From: Candidatus Dormiibacterota bacterium
GTDB taxonomy: Bacteria; Chloroflexota; Dormibacteria; Aeolococcales; Aeolococcaceae
Direction: 5' to 3'
DNA: 64,000 nt
Assembly (NCBI GenBank): GCA_963709585.1
Contig: CAVPXI010000018.1
Coordinates: 22,747 to 86,746 of the forward strand
In this document: positions 11,196 to 21,639 of the stretch, piece after piece
How positions within the stretch are numbered: the stretch's first letter is position 1
How the letters are laid out: the number at the start of each line of letters is the position of its first letter
Program-made: the position numbers and the translations under genes
Notes under the pieces: model-generated
Databases searched by the model: none
The model's input: only the letters and a program-made list of their open reading frames with translations
Told to the model about the DNA's origin: nothing

Positions 11196-12860
11196 ATGAG
11201 CTCGCCGACGATCACCGTCAAGGACGTGTGGCGGGGGGTGCTGCCGCCCGGGACGGACCTGCTCGGCGGCGGCGGCGGGCTCGAACGAAGGGTTGAATGG
11301 GCGTGCGCGCTGCGCACACGTCCGCCCGCCTTCGAGGCGGTCAAGGGCGGCGAGATCGCGTTCGTGCCCGTCAAGAGCATCCGCCTCCTCGACGAGCGAC
11401 TCGATCTGCCCCAGGTCATGGTCAGCTTTGCCGAGAAGGGCGGGGTCGCGGTGGCGGTGGTCGGCGACGTCTCGGTGGAGAGCATCGCCGCGGCCGACCG
11501 CCTGATGATGCCCCTGCTCCGCTTGCCGGACGGGATCCACGCCACTGATGCGCATCACACCTGCGTGCGCTTCATCCTCGACCAGCGAGCGCTCCTCCAC
11601 GAACGTGCCCAGGAGCTGCAGCTGTCCCTGATGAACCTCGCGCTGGGCGGGGCGGGGCCGGACAAGATCATCGAGCGGCTCGCCGAGGTGACCGGCCTCG
11701 CGTCCGCATGGCTCGACGAAGCCGGCGAGGTGCGCCACCTCACCGTCACCGATGACGCGTTGCTCGCCGACGTCGAAGCCGGGGCCGACGCGCTCCGCCG
11801 ATGGGGCGCGACGATCGCCGCGGTCGGAGCCGACCCCCCGGTCCGCGAGTTCACGGTCGGGCGCAACGGGCTCGCCACGCTGGTGAGTCCCGTCCCGATG
11901 CGCAATGGCGTCGGCGGCTTCGTGTGCGTGATCGGAGAGGAGCAGCGCCTGGATCAGATCGCCCGTCTGGCGGTCGCGAGAGCCGCCTCGGCCTGCGCCA
12001 TCGAGTTCGACCGCGAGCGTGCTGTCACCGAGACGCGCGACAAGCTCGAGGGCGAGTTCATTGCCTCGCTGCTCACCGGGTCGTACTCGTCGGAGCGGGT
12101 GGCGCTCGAGCGGGCGCGACGGCTCGGTGCCGACCTCACCCAGCGCGTCGCGGTGATCGCGCTCCGCGGGACCGTGTCCTCCGCGTCGTGGGAGATCCGA
12201 GCGCTCCGCGCCGCGCAAAACGTCGTCGCCAGGCGCGAAGTCCGGGCCCTGGTCGCCGCCCACGAGGACGCCGTCTGCCTGGTGGTCATGCCCGAGGCCG
12301 ACGGAGCCGTCGACGCCTTGTACCGATTCGCTGAGCTGGTGCGCAGCGAGTGCGCCCGCGCCACCGATGACGCAACCACCTCGCTCGGGCTCGGCCGCAC
12401 CCACGAGGGCGCGTCGGGCGTGCGCCAGTCGTTCCGCGAGGCCGAGCACGCGCTCGAGATGAGCCGCCGCCTGCTCGGTCCCGGGCGGCAGGCGAGCTTC
12501 GCCGACCTCGGACTCCACCGGCTCCTCTTCGCGATGGCGCAGCACCCGGAGCTCAGCGACTACTACCGAGGCACGGTGGGAGAGCTGGTCGCGTACGACG
12601 AGCGCTCGAGCGCCGAGCTGATGGCGACGCTCGACGCCTACTTCGAGGCCAACGGGTCACCGACCGAGACGGCACAACGTCTGAAGCTGCATCGCAACAC
12701 CGTTCTGTACCGCCTGCGACGCATCGAGGAGGTCGGCCGGCTTCGTCTCGACGACCCGGCGACCCGGCTCAACCTGCATCTCTGCCTGCGCATCCGCGAC
12801 GTGATCCAGGCAGGGGCCGCTCGGGGCGCTCAGCCAGAGCCGGAGGGAGTCCCGGGGTAG
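11196..12860 (+). CDS. PucR/CdaR-family transcriptional regulator
   Basis: N-terminal PucR domain (LLGGGGGLERRVEW), GAF-like middle region, C-terminal HTH_30 (TAQRLKLHRNTVLYRLRRIEE); starts 15 nt after glnA. Confidence 0.92.
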   Translation: MSSPTITVKDVWRGVLPPGTDLLGGGGGLERRVEWACALRTRPPAFEAVKGGEIAFVPVKSIRLLDERLDLPQVMVSFAEKGGVAVAVVGDVSVESIAAADRLMMPLLRLPDGIHATDAHHTCVRFILDQRALLHERAQELQLSLMNLALGGAGPDKIIERLAEVTGLASAWLDEAGEVRHLTVTDDALLADVEAGADALRRWGATIAAVGADPPVREFTVGRNGLATLVSPVPMRNGVGGFVCVIGEEQRLDQIARLAVARAASACAIEFDRERAVTETRDKLEGEFIASLLTGSYSSERVALERARRLGADLTQRVAVIALRGTVSSASWEIRALRAAQNVVARREVRALVAAHEDAVCLVVMPEADGAVDALYRFAELVRSECARATDDATTSLGLGRTHEGASGVRQSFREAEHALEMSRRLLGPGRQASFADLGLHRLLFAMAQHPELSDYYRGTVGELVAYDERSSAELMATLDAYFEANGSPTETAQRLKLHRNTVLYRLRRIEEVGRLRLDDPATRLNLHLCLRIRDVIQAGAARGAQPEPEGVPG

Positions 12861-12981
12861 CTGAGCGCCCTTGGTCGGCGGCGCGGACGGCTACTGGAGC
12901 TTGGACAGCGCCACACAGCAAGTACGGCCGCCGGTTACGTTCAGCGGCGCGAGGCCCCCTTGCTAGAGTCGACCAACAGCC

Positions 12982-13275
12982 ATGACCTACATCGTCACCG
13001 AGACCTGCGTCGACCTGAAGGACAAGTCCTGCATCGAGGTCTGCCCTGTGGACTGCATCCACGAGGCAACCGAGGACCGGATGGTCTACATCGACCCCGA
13101 CGAGTGCATCGACTGTGGAGCCTGTGTGGATCCCTGCCCGGTCGACGCCATCTACGCCGAGGAGGACGTGCCCGAGGCCCAGATCCTTTTTGTCGACATC
13201 AACAAGGTCTACTTCAAGGACAAGGCGCTCGCCCGGTCCCAGCTCGCGGAGATCAAACCGCCCGACGCGGCCTGA
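12982..13275 (+). CDS. fdxA: 7Fe ([3Fe-4S][4Fe-4S]) ferredoxin
   Basis: [26 protein letters not shown] and [16 protein letters not shown]. Confidence 0.92.
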   Translation: MTYIVTETCVDLKDKSCIEVCPVDCIHEATEDRMVYIDPDECIDCGACVDPCPVDAIYAEEDVPEAQILFVDINKVYFKDKALARSQLAEIKPPDAA

Positions 13276-13296
13276 ACGACCCGGCAGACTGTTGGT

Positions 13297-13313
13297 TTGT
13301 GCAGCACGCACAA
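13297..13313. promoter_or_regulatory. Palindromic operator TTGTGC-N5-GCACAA (PucR-family-like)
   Basis: Perfect palindrome upstream of the second glnA; degenerate copy CTGTGC-N5-GCACGA at 9724-9740 upstream of the first glnA. Confidence 0.55.
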
Positions 13314-13506
13314 CCACGTCCCCGAGATCATCGGACTGGGAGTCCATAGTCCGCGGCTCGCCTGAGCCCTAGTCTGCATCGTGTAGGGCCGCGGCAGCCG
13401 AGGGGTCCACTCGGTGGCGGCGGCGAAGAAAGCCACCCGTCGCGGAAGGAGTCCCATGGCAATCGACGAGTCGCTAGCCGTGCGAGTACTTGAGGGGTCA
13501 CCGACG

Positions 13507-14946
13507 ATGTCTCCGACGAGCAACACCGAAACCAAGCCCAAGGACGTCATTCGCGACGCGCGCGAGAACGGCATCAAGATCGTGGACCTCCGGTTCACGG
13601 ATCTCCTCGGCAGCTGGCAGCACTTCAGCATCCCGGTCGGCGAGCTGACCGAGACGTTGTTCTCGGAAGGCATCGGTTTCGACGGATCGAGCATCCGCGG
13701 CTTTCAGAAGATCTTCGAGAGCGACATGCTCCTGTTCCCGGACCCGGATCGCACGTTCGTTGACAGCACGCTCGAGATCCCGACGCTGGCAATCGTCTGC
13801 GACATCAAGGACCCGCTGACGCTCGCCAACTACAGCCGCGATCCGCGTTATGTCGCGCGCAAAGCCGAGGAGTACCTGCTCAGCACCGGCATCGCCGACA
13901 CGTCGTTCTGGGGCCCCGAGTGCGAGTTCTACATCTTCAACTCGGTGCGCTACGACCAGAACACCCACGAGGGGTACTACCACATCGATTCCGACGAGGG
14001 CATCTGGAACACCGGGAAGAACGGCACCGCGAACCTCGGCTACCGGCCGAAGTTGAAGTCGGGCTACTTCCCGACGCCGCCGGTCGACAAGCTCCAGGAT
14101 CTGCGCAGCAAGATCGTGCTCGCGCTGATCGACGCGGGCGTCGCCATCGAGGTCCATCACCACGAGGTCGGCACCGCCGGGCAGACCGAGATCGACATGC
14201 GGTTCGACTCGCTCGTGAAGATGGCCGACAAGGTGCTCATCTACAAGCACATCGTCAAGAACGTCTGCTACCAGAACGGCTACACGGCAACGTTCATGCC
14301 CAAGCCGCTCTTCGGTGACAACGGCAGCGGCATGCACACCCATCAGTCGCTGTGGAAGGACGGCGTGCCGCTGTTCTATGACAAGGATGGCTATGCGCTG
14401 CTCAGCGACATGGCACGCTGGTACATCGGCGGACTGCTCGCGCACGCGCCGGCCATCCTCGCCTTTGCGGCTCCGACCACGAACAGCTACCGGCGGCTCG
14501 TACCCGGGTACGAGGCTCCGATCAAGCTCGCGTACAGCGCCCGCAACCGGAGCGCTTGCGTGCGCATTCCAACCTACAGCCCCGCCCCGGCAGCGCGCCG
14601 TCTCGAGTTCCGCTCGCCCGACCCGATGTGCAATCCGTACCTCTCCTTCGCAGCCTGCTTGATGGCCGGCCTCGACGGGGTCAAGCGCCGGATCGAGCCC
14701 CCGAAGCCGATCGAGGCCGACCTCTACGAGCTCGAGGGAGAGGAGAAGGCGATGGTCAAGGACCTCCCCGGCTCGCTCAGCGAGGTGCTGAACGCGCTCG
14801 AGCTCGACAACGGCTTTCTCACCGAGGGTGGTGTGTTCACCCAGGACCTGATCGACATGTACATCTCGTACAAGCGCGAGAACGAAGTGGACCCGGTGGC
14901 GCTGCGGCCGCATCCCTACGAGTTCGCCCTGTACTACGACGCCTGA
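13507..14946 (+). CDS. glnA: Glutamine synthetase type I, GSI-beta
   Basis: FDGSSIRGF, beta-type insertion (DSDEGIWN), HHHEVGTAGQTEI, MPKPLFGDNGSGMH, adenylylation-site motif ADLYEL. Confidence 0.97.
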   Translation: MSPTSNTETKPKDVIRDARENGIKIVDLRFTDLLGSWQHFSIPVGELTETLFSEGIGFDGSSIRGFQKIFESDMLLFPDPDRTFVDSTLEIPTLAIVCDIKDPLTLANYSRDPRYVARKAEEYLLSTGIADTSFWGPECEFYIFNSVRYDQNTHEGYYHIDSDEGIWNTGKNGTANLGYRPKLKSGYFPTPPVDKLQDLRSKIVLALIDAGVAIEVHHHEVGTAGQTEIDMRFDSLVKMADKVLIYKHIVKNVCYQNGYTATFMPKPLFGDNGSGMHTHQSLWKDGVPLFYDKDGYALLSDMARWYIGGLLAHAPAILAFAAPTTNSYRRLVPGYEAPIKLAYSARNRSACVRIPTYSPAPAARRLEFRSPDPMCNPYLSFAACLMAGLDGVKRRIEPPKPIEADLYELEGEEKAMVKDLPGSLSEVLNALELDNGFLTEGGVFTQDLIDMYISYKRENEVDPVALRPHPYEFALYYDA

Positions 14947-14988
14947 GCGACCGGCTCAGGAACTCCACAGCACACTCCTTCCTGGACA

Positions 14989-15027
14989 GGGGGGCCGGGT
15001 TACCTCGACCCGGCCCCTCCTTTATTT
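14989..15027 (+). terminator. Intrinsic terminator after glnA
   Basis: GGGGCCGGGT-TACCTCG-ACCCGGCCCC followed by TCCTTTATTT. Confidence 0.85.
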
Positions 15028-15050
15028 CCGGATCAGGGTTTCTCCGAGGA

Positions 15051-15410
15051 TCAGGCCTGCGCGGTCTTCAGTTCGCGGAGAACGCAGAACTCGTTGGCCT
15101 CCGGGTCGGCCATCACCACCCAGGTGACGTCACCCTGACCGATGTCGATGCGCCGAGCGCCGAGCGACAGAAGACGCTCGACCTCCGCGGCCTGGTCGTC
15201 CGGGCGCAGGTCGAGATGGATGCGATCCTTGACCGACTTCCCCTCCGGAACATGGAGGAAGAGGATGTCCGGACTCTCGCCGCCAGGCTCGATCCACAAC
15301 TCGCCGTCTTCCGGGCCGTGCAGCTCGAGGCCCAGTGCCTCGCTCCAGAACGAGGCGACCAGGAGCGGGTCGGTGCAGTCGATGACGATGTTCTGCCAGC
15401 GAAGCGACAT
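15051..15410 (-). CDS. VOC/glyoxalase-like family protein
   Basis: IVIDCTDP..VASFWSEALG, KDRIHLDL and WVVMADPEANEFCV motifs. Confidence 0.9.
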   Translation of the reverse strand: MSLRWQNIVIDCTDPLLVASFWSEALGLELHGPEDGELWIEPGGESPDILFLHVPEGKSVKDRIHLDLRPDDQAAEVERLLSLGARRIDIGQGDVTWVVMADPEANEFCVLRELKTAQA

Positions 15411-15419
15411 GCCCGCAGT

Positions 15420-16596
15420 CTAGCCGCGGACCCGGGTGCCGAGCACCGCGTCACGGATTGCACCAACCTGCGCGGCCGGCGGGTACCAGCGCAGCACGTG
15501 CTCGAGCCCGCGCGCTGAGACACCTGCGAGGTCGAGGTCGCCACGAACCGCCTGCTCGATGCGGTCCTCCCAGTCGTACGCGTCGACGAGGTATCCGTTG
15601 ACGCCGTCCTGGATGGCGAGTTCGAAAGCTGTATGTCGGGGTCGCAAGCGTCGGGGTCTCGACGATCGCCGCCTCGAAATACTTCAACTCCGATTTCGAG
15701 TTGCTGAACACGTTGGTCTGCAGCGGCACGATGTTGAGACTGGTCGAGCCGATGAGCGTCTGCAGCGTCAGGAAGTCGGTGAGCGGGAGGATGTCGATGC
15801 GATCGCCGAAGCCGCGCAGCGCAGGTCCGACATCGAGGAATCCCACGATCAGCAGCCTCACATCGGCGTGGCGAGTCATGACCTTGGCAAGCGCCGTCGA
15901 CACGAGCTCGAAGTCGCGGTTGTGGGTTGGCGTCCCGCTGAAGTAGCCGATGGTGGTGACGCGGTCAGAGCGCTCGGACGCGTGGCGGGTACGCCGTACC
16001 TCCGCGGAGCGCTCGAGTTGCAGGTTGTTGAGAAAGTTCGGCACGACCCACGTCGGCAACTGCGCAAATTCCTCGATCCGCGCCGAGAGGAAGTGGTTGG
16101 TCGATATCGCCCCGTCGCAGAGCCGGAGCATCGCACCGACCCGCGACATGGCGGCGAACCATTCGTCGAGCATCGCCTCGCCCGGAGTTCGATCCAGGGT
16201 CTCGAGGACGAGGCTCACGTACCTGGTGTCGAAGATCAGGTCGTCGACGTCGAACAGCACGCGGCAGCCGCCGGCTCGCGCCCGGGTGACCAGGCTGTCC
16301 AGCCTCGCGGTGTAGCGCGTCCGGCAGATGATCAGCGTGTTGACGTTGCCGATCAGCCGCTCGAGTATCGGCAGTTCGGCTCGGGTGAACCAGGTCGCCG
16401 AGATGCGCTGATCCGGCTCATCGAGTCCGAGCGCCTCGACCATGTTGAACACGCGATACCGAAACGTGCTCGTGTCCGGCACCTCGTAGACATAGGCAAC
16501 CGTATGAGCACCGCCTGCCGCCAATGTGCGGACGCGTTCATCGATCGTCGGCGCCCACGGATCCGGGAACGCCGGCGGTGCGGCCTTGGTGCGCAC
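15420..16596 (-). CDS. Glycosyltransferase (GT4-like), frameshift ~15625
   Basis: STFRYRV, FDVDDLIFD, IGYFSGTPTHNRDF and FSNSKSELKYFEAA, then AIQDGVNGYL in a shifted frame. Confidence 0.85.
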
Positions 16597-16598
16597 CC

Positions 16599-18296
16599 CT
16601 AGCCTTCGGTGGCGGACAGCGCACCCGCGAGTTGATCGCAGATCGGCACGAACACCGCGCTCCAGTCGGTCAGGAACCTGCTGCTGCGATGGTTGGCGGT
16701 CCGGAGGCTCGCGTCGCTCGCGAGGGTGACGCCCTGGCCGATGCCGGCCACCAGGGTGGGCAGGTTCGGATCGCTGCAGATGATGTTCGCCGAGTACTGA
16801 TCGAGCGACTGCTTGTCGGAGCCAAACGTGTTCGTGACGACCACCGCTCCCGCCGCGGCCAGGTCGAGCGGCGGGTAGCTCGAATGCGGGGATGCCATCA
16901 GCGACAGCCCGAGATCCATACGCCGGAGCAATCGCTGATAGTCGTGCCAGCCGAGGTTCTCGATGAGCGTCGGGCGGACGCCTCCGGGCAGGACGACCGG
17001 TTCCAGGTCCCTGCCGATGAAGAAGAAGTCCCACGCCGCGGGGTCGAGGTGCCCGGTCTCGATGGCGCCGGAGATCGCCTCGAGCCCCCGGTAGTACAGG
17101 TTGCGGAGATTCTTCGGTCGGGCGTAGAAGAGGAAGTTGCGCTTGTCCGATGCGGACTCCTCGCGTGCCGTCAGAAACGCCGGGAACGCCGGCTCGAACC
17201 ACAACGGCGTTCGAGCATGGGTATCGGGACCGCCGAAGAGATAGTCGAAGAGGGGCTTGGAGTTGACGACGCACCTGATTCGCGGGTCGTCGAGAATCTC
17301 CGCGCAGCGAATCGAGTCATCTCCCTCGGGATAGAAACGCCGTTCGTCCTCCTGGACGAGATAGATGATGCTCGCGGGATCGACCGATGCGCGGGTCGCC
17401 CACGTCGTCCACCACGACGTGGTGATGAAGACGTCGCCGGCGGCGACGTCGACGAGCCGTCCGTTCGACGTGTCGCGCGATGAGAAGACAAAGTCGACAT
17501 CTCCGTGCCATGGAATCCCGTTGGCCTCGAGCACGGTTCGGCAGTTTGCCGGGGTCGGTGGCTCCGAGCGGGTGATGATCCGCAGAGGCCGTTCGGTGCG
17601 CCGGGCCAGGAGCGAGGCGAAGATCAGCGCCGTTCCGACGCCTCCGAAGAGGCTGCCGCTGTTGATGCTGTCGGTCACCACGGAGATCCGCTTCGGTGCC
17701 GATGCGCTCGCGTACACGTGCAGCGGGCGGAGGTTCGGGAAGCGTTCGTCGAGCCTGAGCGTCAACCACTGCCGTTCCACGGTGGACGGCGCGATCTTGC
17801 TGCCACGCGGCCGCCCGTGGCGCAGATAGTGCAGGAGCGCATTGGTGCGGGGTGACACATCGGGATTGTGCTCGAGGTAGAAATCAGTGGAGAACAGCGG
17901 CCCCGGGTCCAACCCCTGCGCGGCGCCGATGAGCGCGTAGTGCCGGAGCGGATCCATCCCCGACCGCGAAACCTCGGCGTAATTCGCCCGGTACCACGCC
18001 GCATCGAACAGCCCGGAGCCTTGCATCTCGCGCAGGTCGCGCGGAAATTGCAATCGTGCAAACGCCCTGCGATGGAAGTTGATCCGCCCAGTCCCGGTGA
18101 CGACGTTCAGCGCCTTGATCGCGGTCTTCGAGACCTGCGGGTACTGCCGGATGACCGAGCGAAGCTGCGAGTACGGCGGCTCGAGCAGGGACTGCCGCAA
18201 CCGAACGTTCTCTTGCTGCGCCTCGTCGAGCTCGTGTTGAAGCAGCGTGATTCTCAGGCCGGGATCGTCGCGCCCACGCGCACCGTCGTCATTCAT
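16599..18296 (-). CDS. WsaF-like (rhamnosyl) glycosyltransferase with N-terminal FD..WY...DPL.HY repeats
   Basis: LFGGVGTA, TTSWWT, YLVQEDERRFY, FYARP..RNLY and SPHSSYPPLDLAAAG motifs. Confidence 0.85.
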   Translation of the reverse strand: MNDDGARGRDDPGLRITLLQHELDEAQQENVRLRQSLLEPPYSQLRSVIRQYPQVSKTAIKALNVVTGTGRINFHRRAFARLQFPRDLREMQGSGLFDAAWYRANYAEVSRSGMDPLRHYALIGAAQGLDPGPLFSTDFYLEHNPDVSPRTNALLHYLRHGRPRGSKIAPSTVERQWLTLRLDERFPNLRPLHVYASASAPKRISVVTDSINSGSLFGGVGTALIFASLLARRTERPLRIITRSEPPTPANCRTVLEANGIPWHGDVDFVFSSRDTSNGRLVDVAAGDVFITTSWWTTWATRASVDPASIIYLVQEDERRFYPEGDDSIRCAEILDDPRIRCVVNSKPLFDYLFGGPDTHARTPLWFEPAFPAFLTAREESASDKRNFLFYARPKNLRNLYYRGLEAISGAIETGHLDPAAWDFFFIGRDLEPVVLPGGVRPTLIENLGWHDYQRLLRRMDLGLSLMASPHSSYPPLDLAAAGAVVVTNTFGSDKQSLDQYSANIICSDPNLPTLVAGIGQGVTLASDASLRTANHRSSRFLTDWSAVFVPICDQLAGALSATEG

Positions 18297-18321
18297 GATG
18301 TCGCGATGCCGGTGGGACCGG

Positions 18322-20196
18322 TCAGCCCGCAAGCACCTCGGTCGCGGGCAGCAATGCGAGCCCGGCGGCCGCGATGCCGTCGGCGTCGAGTCCAAGCTGC
18401 TCGAGGAGCGCGGCCTGAGCGCCGTGCTCGATGAACTGGTCGGGAAGGCCCATCCTCACGATCGGCACCATGACCCCGTCCGAGGTGAGCAACTCGGTGA
18501 CCGCCGATCCGAAGCCGCCGGCGGCGACGCCATCCTCGACGGTGATGACCGCTCGGTGGCGCGCGGCGATCGCGCTGAGCTCGGGCGCGAGCGGTTTGAC
18601 GAAGCGGGCATCGACGACTGTGGTCGAGATGCCGAGGACGGCGAGCTTTTCCTGCGCCTGCATCGCCACGGGCACCATCTTGCCCACGGCGAGGAGGGCG
18701 AGGTCCCGTCCGCGACGGTGGATCACGACACTCGGCACCGGGATCGGCTCGAGCGGCTCGGTGCTCGCTGAAGGTGCCGGGCCACGGGGAAAGCGCAGCG
18801 AGAACGGCCCTTCATACGCGAGGGCGGTCGCGAACATTCTGCGCAACTCATCCGGCGAGCTCGGCGCCGAAATGGTCATGCCCGGAATGCAGCGCAGGTA
18901 GGCGAGATCGAGCATGCCGTGGTGCGAGGGTCCGTCGGCGCCGGTGATGCCCGCGCGGTCGATCACGAACGTCACCGGGAGCCGGTGCAGCGCGACGTCG
19001 GACGCGACCTGATCGAAGGCGCGCTGCAGGAAGGTCGAATAGATACAGACGACCGGACGCAACCCCCGCATCGCCAGGCCGGCCGCGAACGTCACCGCGT
19101 GCTGCTCGGCGATGCCAACATCGAAGAAGCGTTCCGGAAAGCGTTGGGCGAACTCGAGGAGACCGGTCGACGATGCCATCGCGGCGGTGATCGCGACGAT
19201 TCGCTCGTCGGCCTCGGCTGCCTCGCACAGCGCTTCGCCGAAGACGTCGGTCCAGTCGACCCCCTTCTTGGCCGAAGTACCGCTGTCCGGGTCGAACGTC
19301 GAAACTCCGTGGAATTTGTCAATCTTGTCTGCAACTGCGGGGCCATAGCCCTGGCCCTTGTTGGTGACCACGTGAACGACGACCGGCCCCCGGATCCGAG
19401 CGGCATCGCGCAGCGCCTTCTCGACGGCCTGAAGATCGTGCCCGTCGATTGGTCCACCGTATTTGAGGCCGAGCGTCTCGAAGAGCGAGATCGGTGCGAC
19501 CAGCTGCTTGAGCGAGTTCTTCATCCGCCGGGCGGTCTCGTATGCGGAGTGCCCGACCGCCGGAAGCGCGCGCAGCGCGTTCCCCGCCGCATCCTTGGCC
19601 GCCTCATATCGTGGTGAGAGCCGGAGATGACCGAGGTTCTCCGCGATCCCCCCGACCGTCGGCGCGTAGCTCCGACCGTTGTCGTTCAGGATGATCACCA
19701 TCTCGGGCTTCAACTGGCCGATGTTGTTGAGCGCTTCATACGCCATGCCGCCGGTGAGCGCGCCGTCGCCGACGACAACCACGACCTTGCCGGTCTCACC
19801 GCGCAACTCTCGAGCGGTGGCGAAACCGAGCGCGTAGCTGAGCCCGGTGGACGCGTGCGAGTTCTCGATCAGATCGTGCTCGGACTCGCGTCGCGAGGGA
19901 TACCCGCTCAGACCCCCTTGCTGGCGCAACGTGTCGAACTGGCCGACCCTGCCGGTCAGCATCTTGTGGACGTACGCCTGGTGGCCGGTGTCGAAGATGA
20001 TCGCGTCGCGAGGGCTGTCGAACACCCGATGCATCGCCACCGTGAGCTCGACGACGCCGAGGTTGGGGCCGAGATGACCCCCGGTCCGCGAGACGGCGGT
20101 GATCAGCTCCTCACGAATCTCTGCGCAGAGGCGGGTCAGATCCTCCGGGCCGAGCCCGCGCAAGTCGTCCGGCCCGGCGATCTCCTCGAGCAGCAC
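18322..20196 (-). CDS. dxs: 1-deoxy-D-xylulose-5-phosphate synthase
   Basis: GGHLGPNLGVVEL, DTGHQAYVHK, GDGALTGGMAYEALNN, DVGIAEQHA, YSTFLQRAFDQ. Confidence 0.98.
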   Translation of the reverse strand: MLLEEIAGPDDLRGLGPEDLTRLCAEIREELITAVSRTGGHLGPNLGVVELTVAMHRVFDSPRDAIIFDTGHQAYVHKMLTGRVGQFDTLRQQGGLSGYPSRRESEHDLIENSHASTGLSYALGFATARELRGETGKVVVVVGDGALTGGMAYEALNNIGQLKPEMVIILNDNGRSYAPTVGGIAENLGHLRLSPRYEAAKDAAGNALRALPAVGHSAYETARRMKNSLKQLVAPISLFETLGLKYGGPIDGHDLQAVEKALRDAARIRGPVVVHVVTNKGQGYGPAVADKIDKFHGVSTFDPDSGTSAKKGVDWTDVFGEALCEAAEADERIVAITAAMASSTGLLEFAQRFPERFFDVGIAEQHAVTFAAGLAMRGLRPVVCIYSTFLQRAFDQVASDVALHRLPVTFVIDRAGITGADGPSHHGMLDLAYLRCIPGMTISAPSSPDELRRMFATALAYEGPFSLRFPRGPAPSASTEPLEPIPVPSVVIHRRGRDLALLAVGKMVPVAMQAQEKLAVLGISTTVVDARFVKPLAPELSAIAARHRAVITVEDGVAAGGFGSAVTELLTSDGVMVPIVRMGLPDQFIEHGAQAALLEQLGLDADGIAAAGLALLPATEVLAG

Positions 20197-20279
20197 ATGG
20201 TCAGTCTAGTGGAGCCGACCCGGATGGCTCCGCCGGCGAAATGCCCACACACGTCGGTCGCGGAGCATGATTACCGGCC

Positions 20280-21083
20280 ATGCAGGGACTGGAGCCACGC
20301 GAGGCGGTGCTCGAATGCGCCGCGCGAGATGGCGATATCGCCGAGGGCGCCCTCTGGCTCGCTGCCGACGACTGCCCGGGCGTGGAGCCGGAGCGCTGGC
20401 TCGAGCGCCTCGACGAGCTGGCCGGCGAGCTGCGCTCGCGCTGCGGTTTGCACGGTTGCGGCCCGTCCGATGCTCCGCTGGTCGGCGCGCTGCTGCGCGA
20501 CCGTCTTCGCCTTCGCTGCGCCGGAGGCGGCGATCCACGCGCCCACTACCTCCACACCGTGCTGGAACGCGGGGCGGGCGTCCCGATCGCGTGCTCGGCC
20601 ATCTGGATCGCGGTCGGCGCCAGGGCTGAGATTCCCGTGGAGGGCGTGAACCTTCCCGGGCACTTCGTGGTCCGGGTCAACGGGCACCTGTTCGACACCG
20701 TGGCCAGCGGCGAGCCCCTCGATGAAGAAGACGTCAAGCGCCTGGTAACCACATCCACCGGGCGGGAGATCGAAGGTCTCGAACCGGCGCAGGTGGCGCG
20801 AGCGAGCGCGCGCGACATGCTCGCGCGCATGTCGCGCAACCTGCGCCGCTGCTACACGAGCCTCGAATGCTGGGACCAGGCGCTGCGTGCGGCCGACCGC
20901 TGCGTCGACCTGGTGCCCTCGCCGGCCGAACGCCGCGATCGCGGTCTGCTCCTGTGGCGCATGGGCAAGGTCGTGGCTGCCCTGACCGATATCACCGCGT
21001 ACCTCGACGAGGCTCCCGAGACGTGTGCCGATCGCACCGCGATGACCGAGGTCGCCGGCCGGCTGCGCGCCTTCCTCAACTGA
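20280..21083 (+). CDS. SirB1/transglutaminase-like protein with C-terminal TPR
   Basis: YLHTVLERGAGVPI, GVNLPGHFVVR and ERRDRGLL motifs. Confidence 0.85.
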   Translation: MQGLEPREAVLECAARDGDIAEGALWLAADDCPGVEPERWLERLDELAGELRSRCGLHGCGPSDAPLVGALLRDRLRLRCAGGGDPRAHYLHTVLERGAGVPIACSAIWIAVGARAEIPVEGVNLPGHFVVRVNGHLFDTVASGEPLDEEDVKRLVTTSTGREIEGLEPAQVARASARDMLARMSRNLRRCYTSLECWDQALRAADRCVDLVPSPAERRDRGLLLWRMGKVVAALTDITAYLDEAPETCADRTAMTEVAGRLRAFLN

Positions 21084-21126
21084 CCGCCGGCGATGTGACC
21101 GGCGAGGGTCGACCGGGTTGCCCGGC

Positions 21127-21528
21127 TCAGTGCACTCCGATCAGCAATGACAGCAGCCAGATCACGCCGATGAGTGCGAGCACCGCGAACGGCATGATCA
21201 CGAAGACGACGAACGAGAAGACGAGCCGCTCGTCGGGCATCAGCTCCGGCGCCCGTTTGCGGACCCGAAGGTCGTGCGTGTACCAGTAGACCCCGCCGAC
21301 GAGGAATCCGAGCAGCAGGAAGAAGATTCCCGCGAACCCGGTGACGATCCCGACCGCGTTGGGTGAGACTGTGAACCGCCACGCGGCTCCGCCGGCGAGC
21401 GACAGCAGCCCGCACGAGATGTAGCGGAGCAGCATCGGCACCGGACGGGGTTGGGCCGGATCCGGCGACCGCCGCGACGCGGGAGCGTTGTTCGTGGTCG
21501 CCACCCCGGGGCGGGAGTTCGAGGGCAC
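21127..21528 (-). CDS. Hypothetical 3-TM membrane protein
   Basis: Three hydrophobic segments; TATACT motif 6 nt upstream of GTG 21528. Confidence 0.65.
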   Translation of the reverse strand: MPSNSRPGVATTNNAPASRRSPDPAQPRPVPMLLRYISCGLLSLAGGAAWRFTVSPNAVGIVTGFAGIFFLLLGFLVGGVYWYTHDLRVRKRAPELMPDERLVFSFVVFVIMPFAVLALIGVIWLLSLLIGVH

Positions 21529-21639
21529 GGGCCGAGTATAGGGACGACACGCCATGCGTCCGGGGGACGCGCGCGCCTGAGCCGTTGCGCTCACCTACAC
21601 TTGGCGACCACTGCTGCGGCGCACGGAGGATTCGGAAAT

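Noticed and set aside
10014-12545. Long antisense and alternative-frame ORFs (for example 843 aa here, 774 aa at 6718-9042)
   Set aside because: Shadow ORFs typical of high-GC DNA, lying opposite well-supported genes and lacking motifs
13314-13506. glnA riboswitch or ANTAR hairpins in the glnA leader
   Set aside because: Hairpins are present (CGGACT/AGTCCG) but do not convincingly match either consensus
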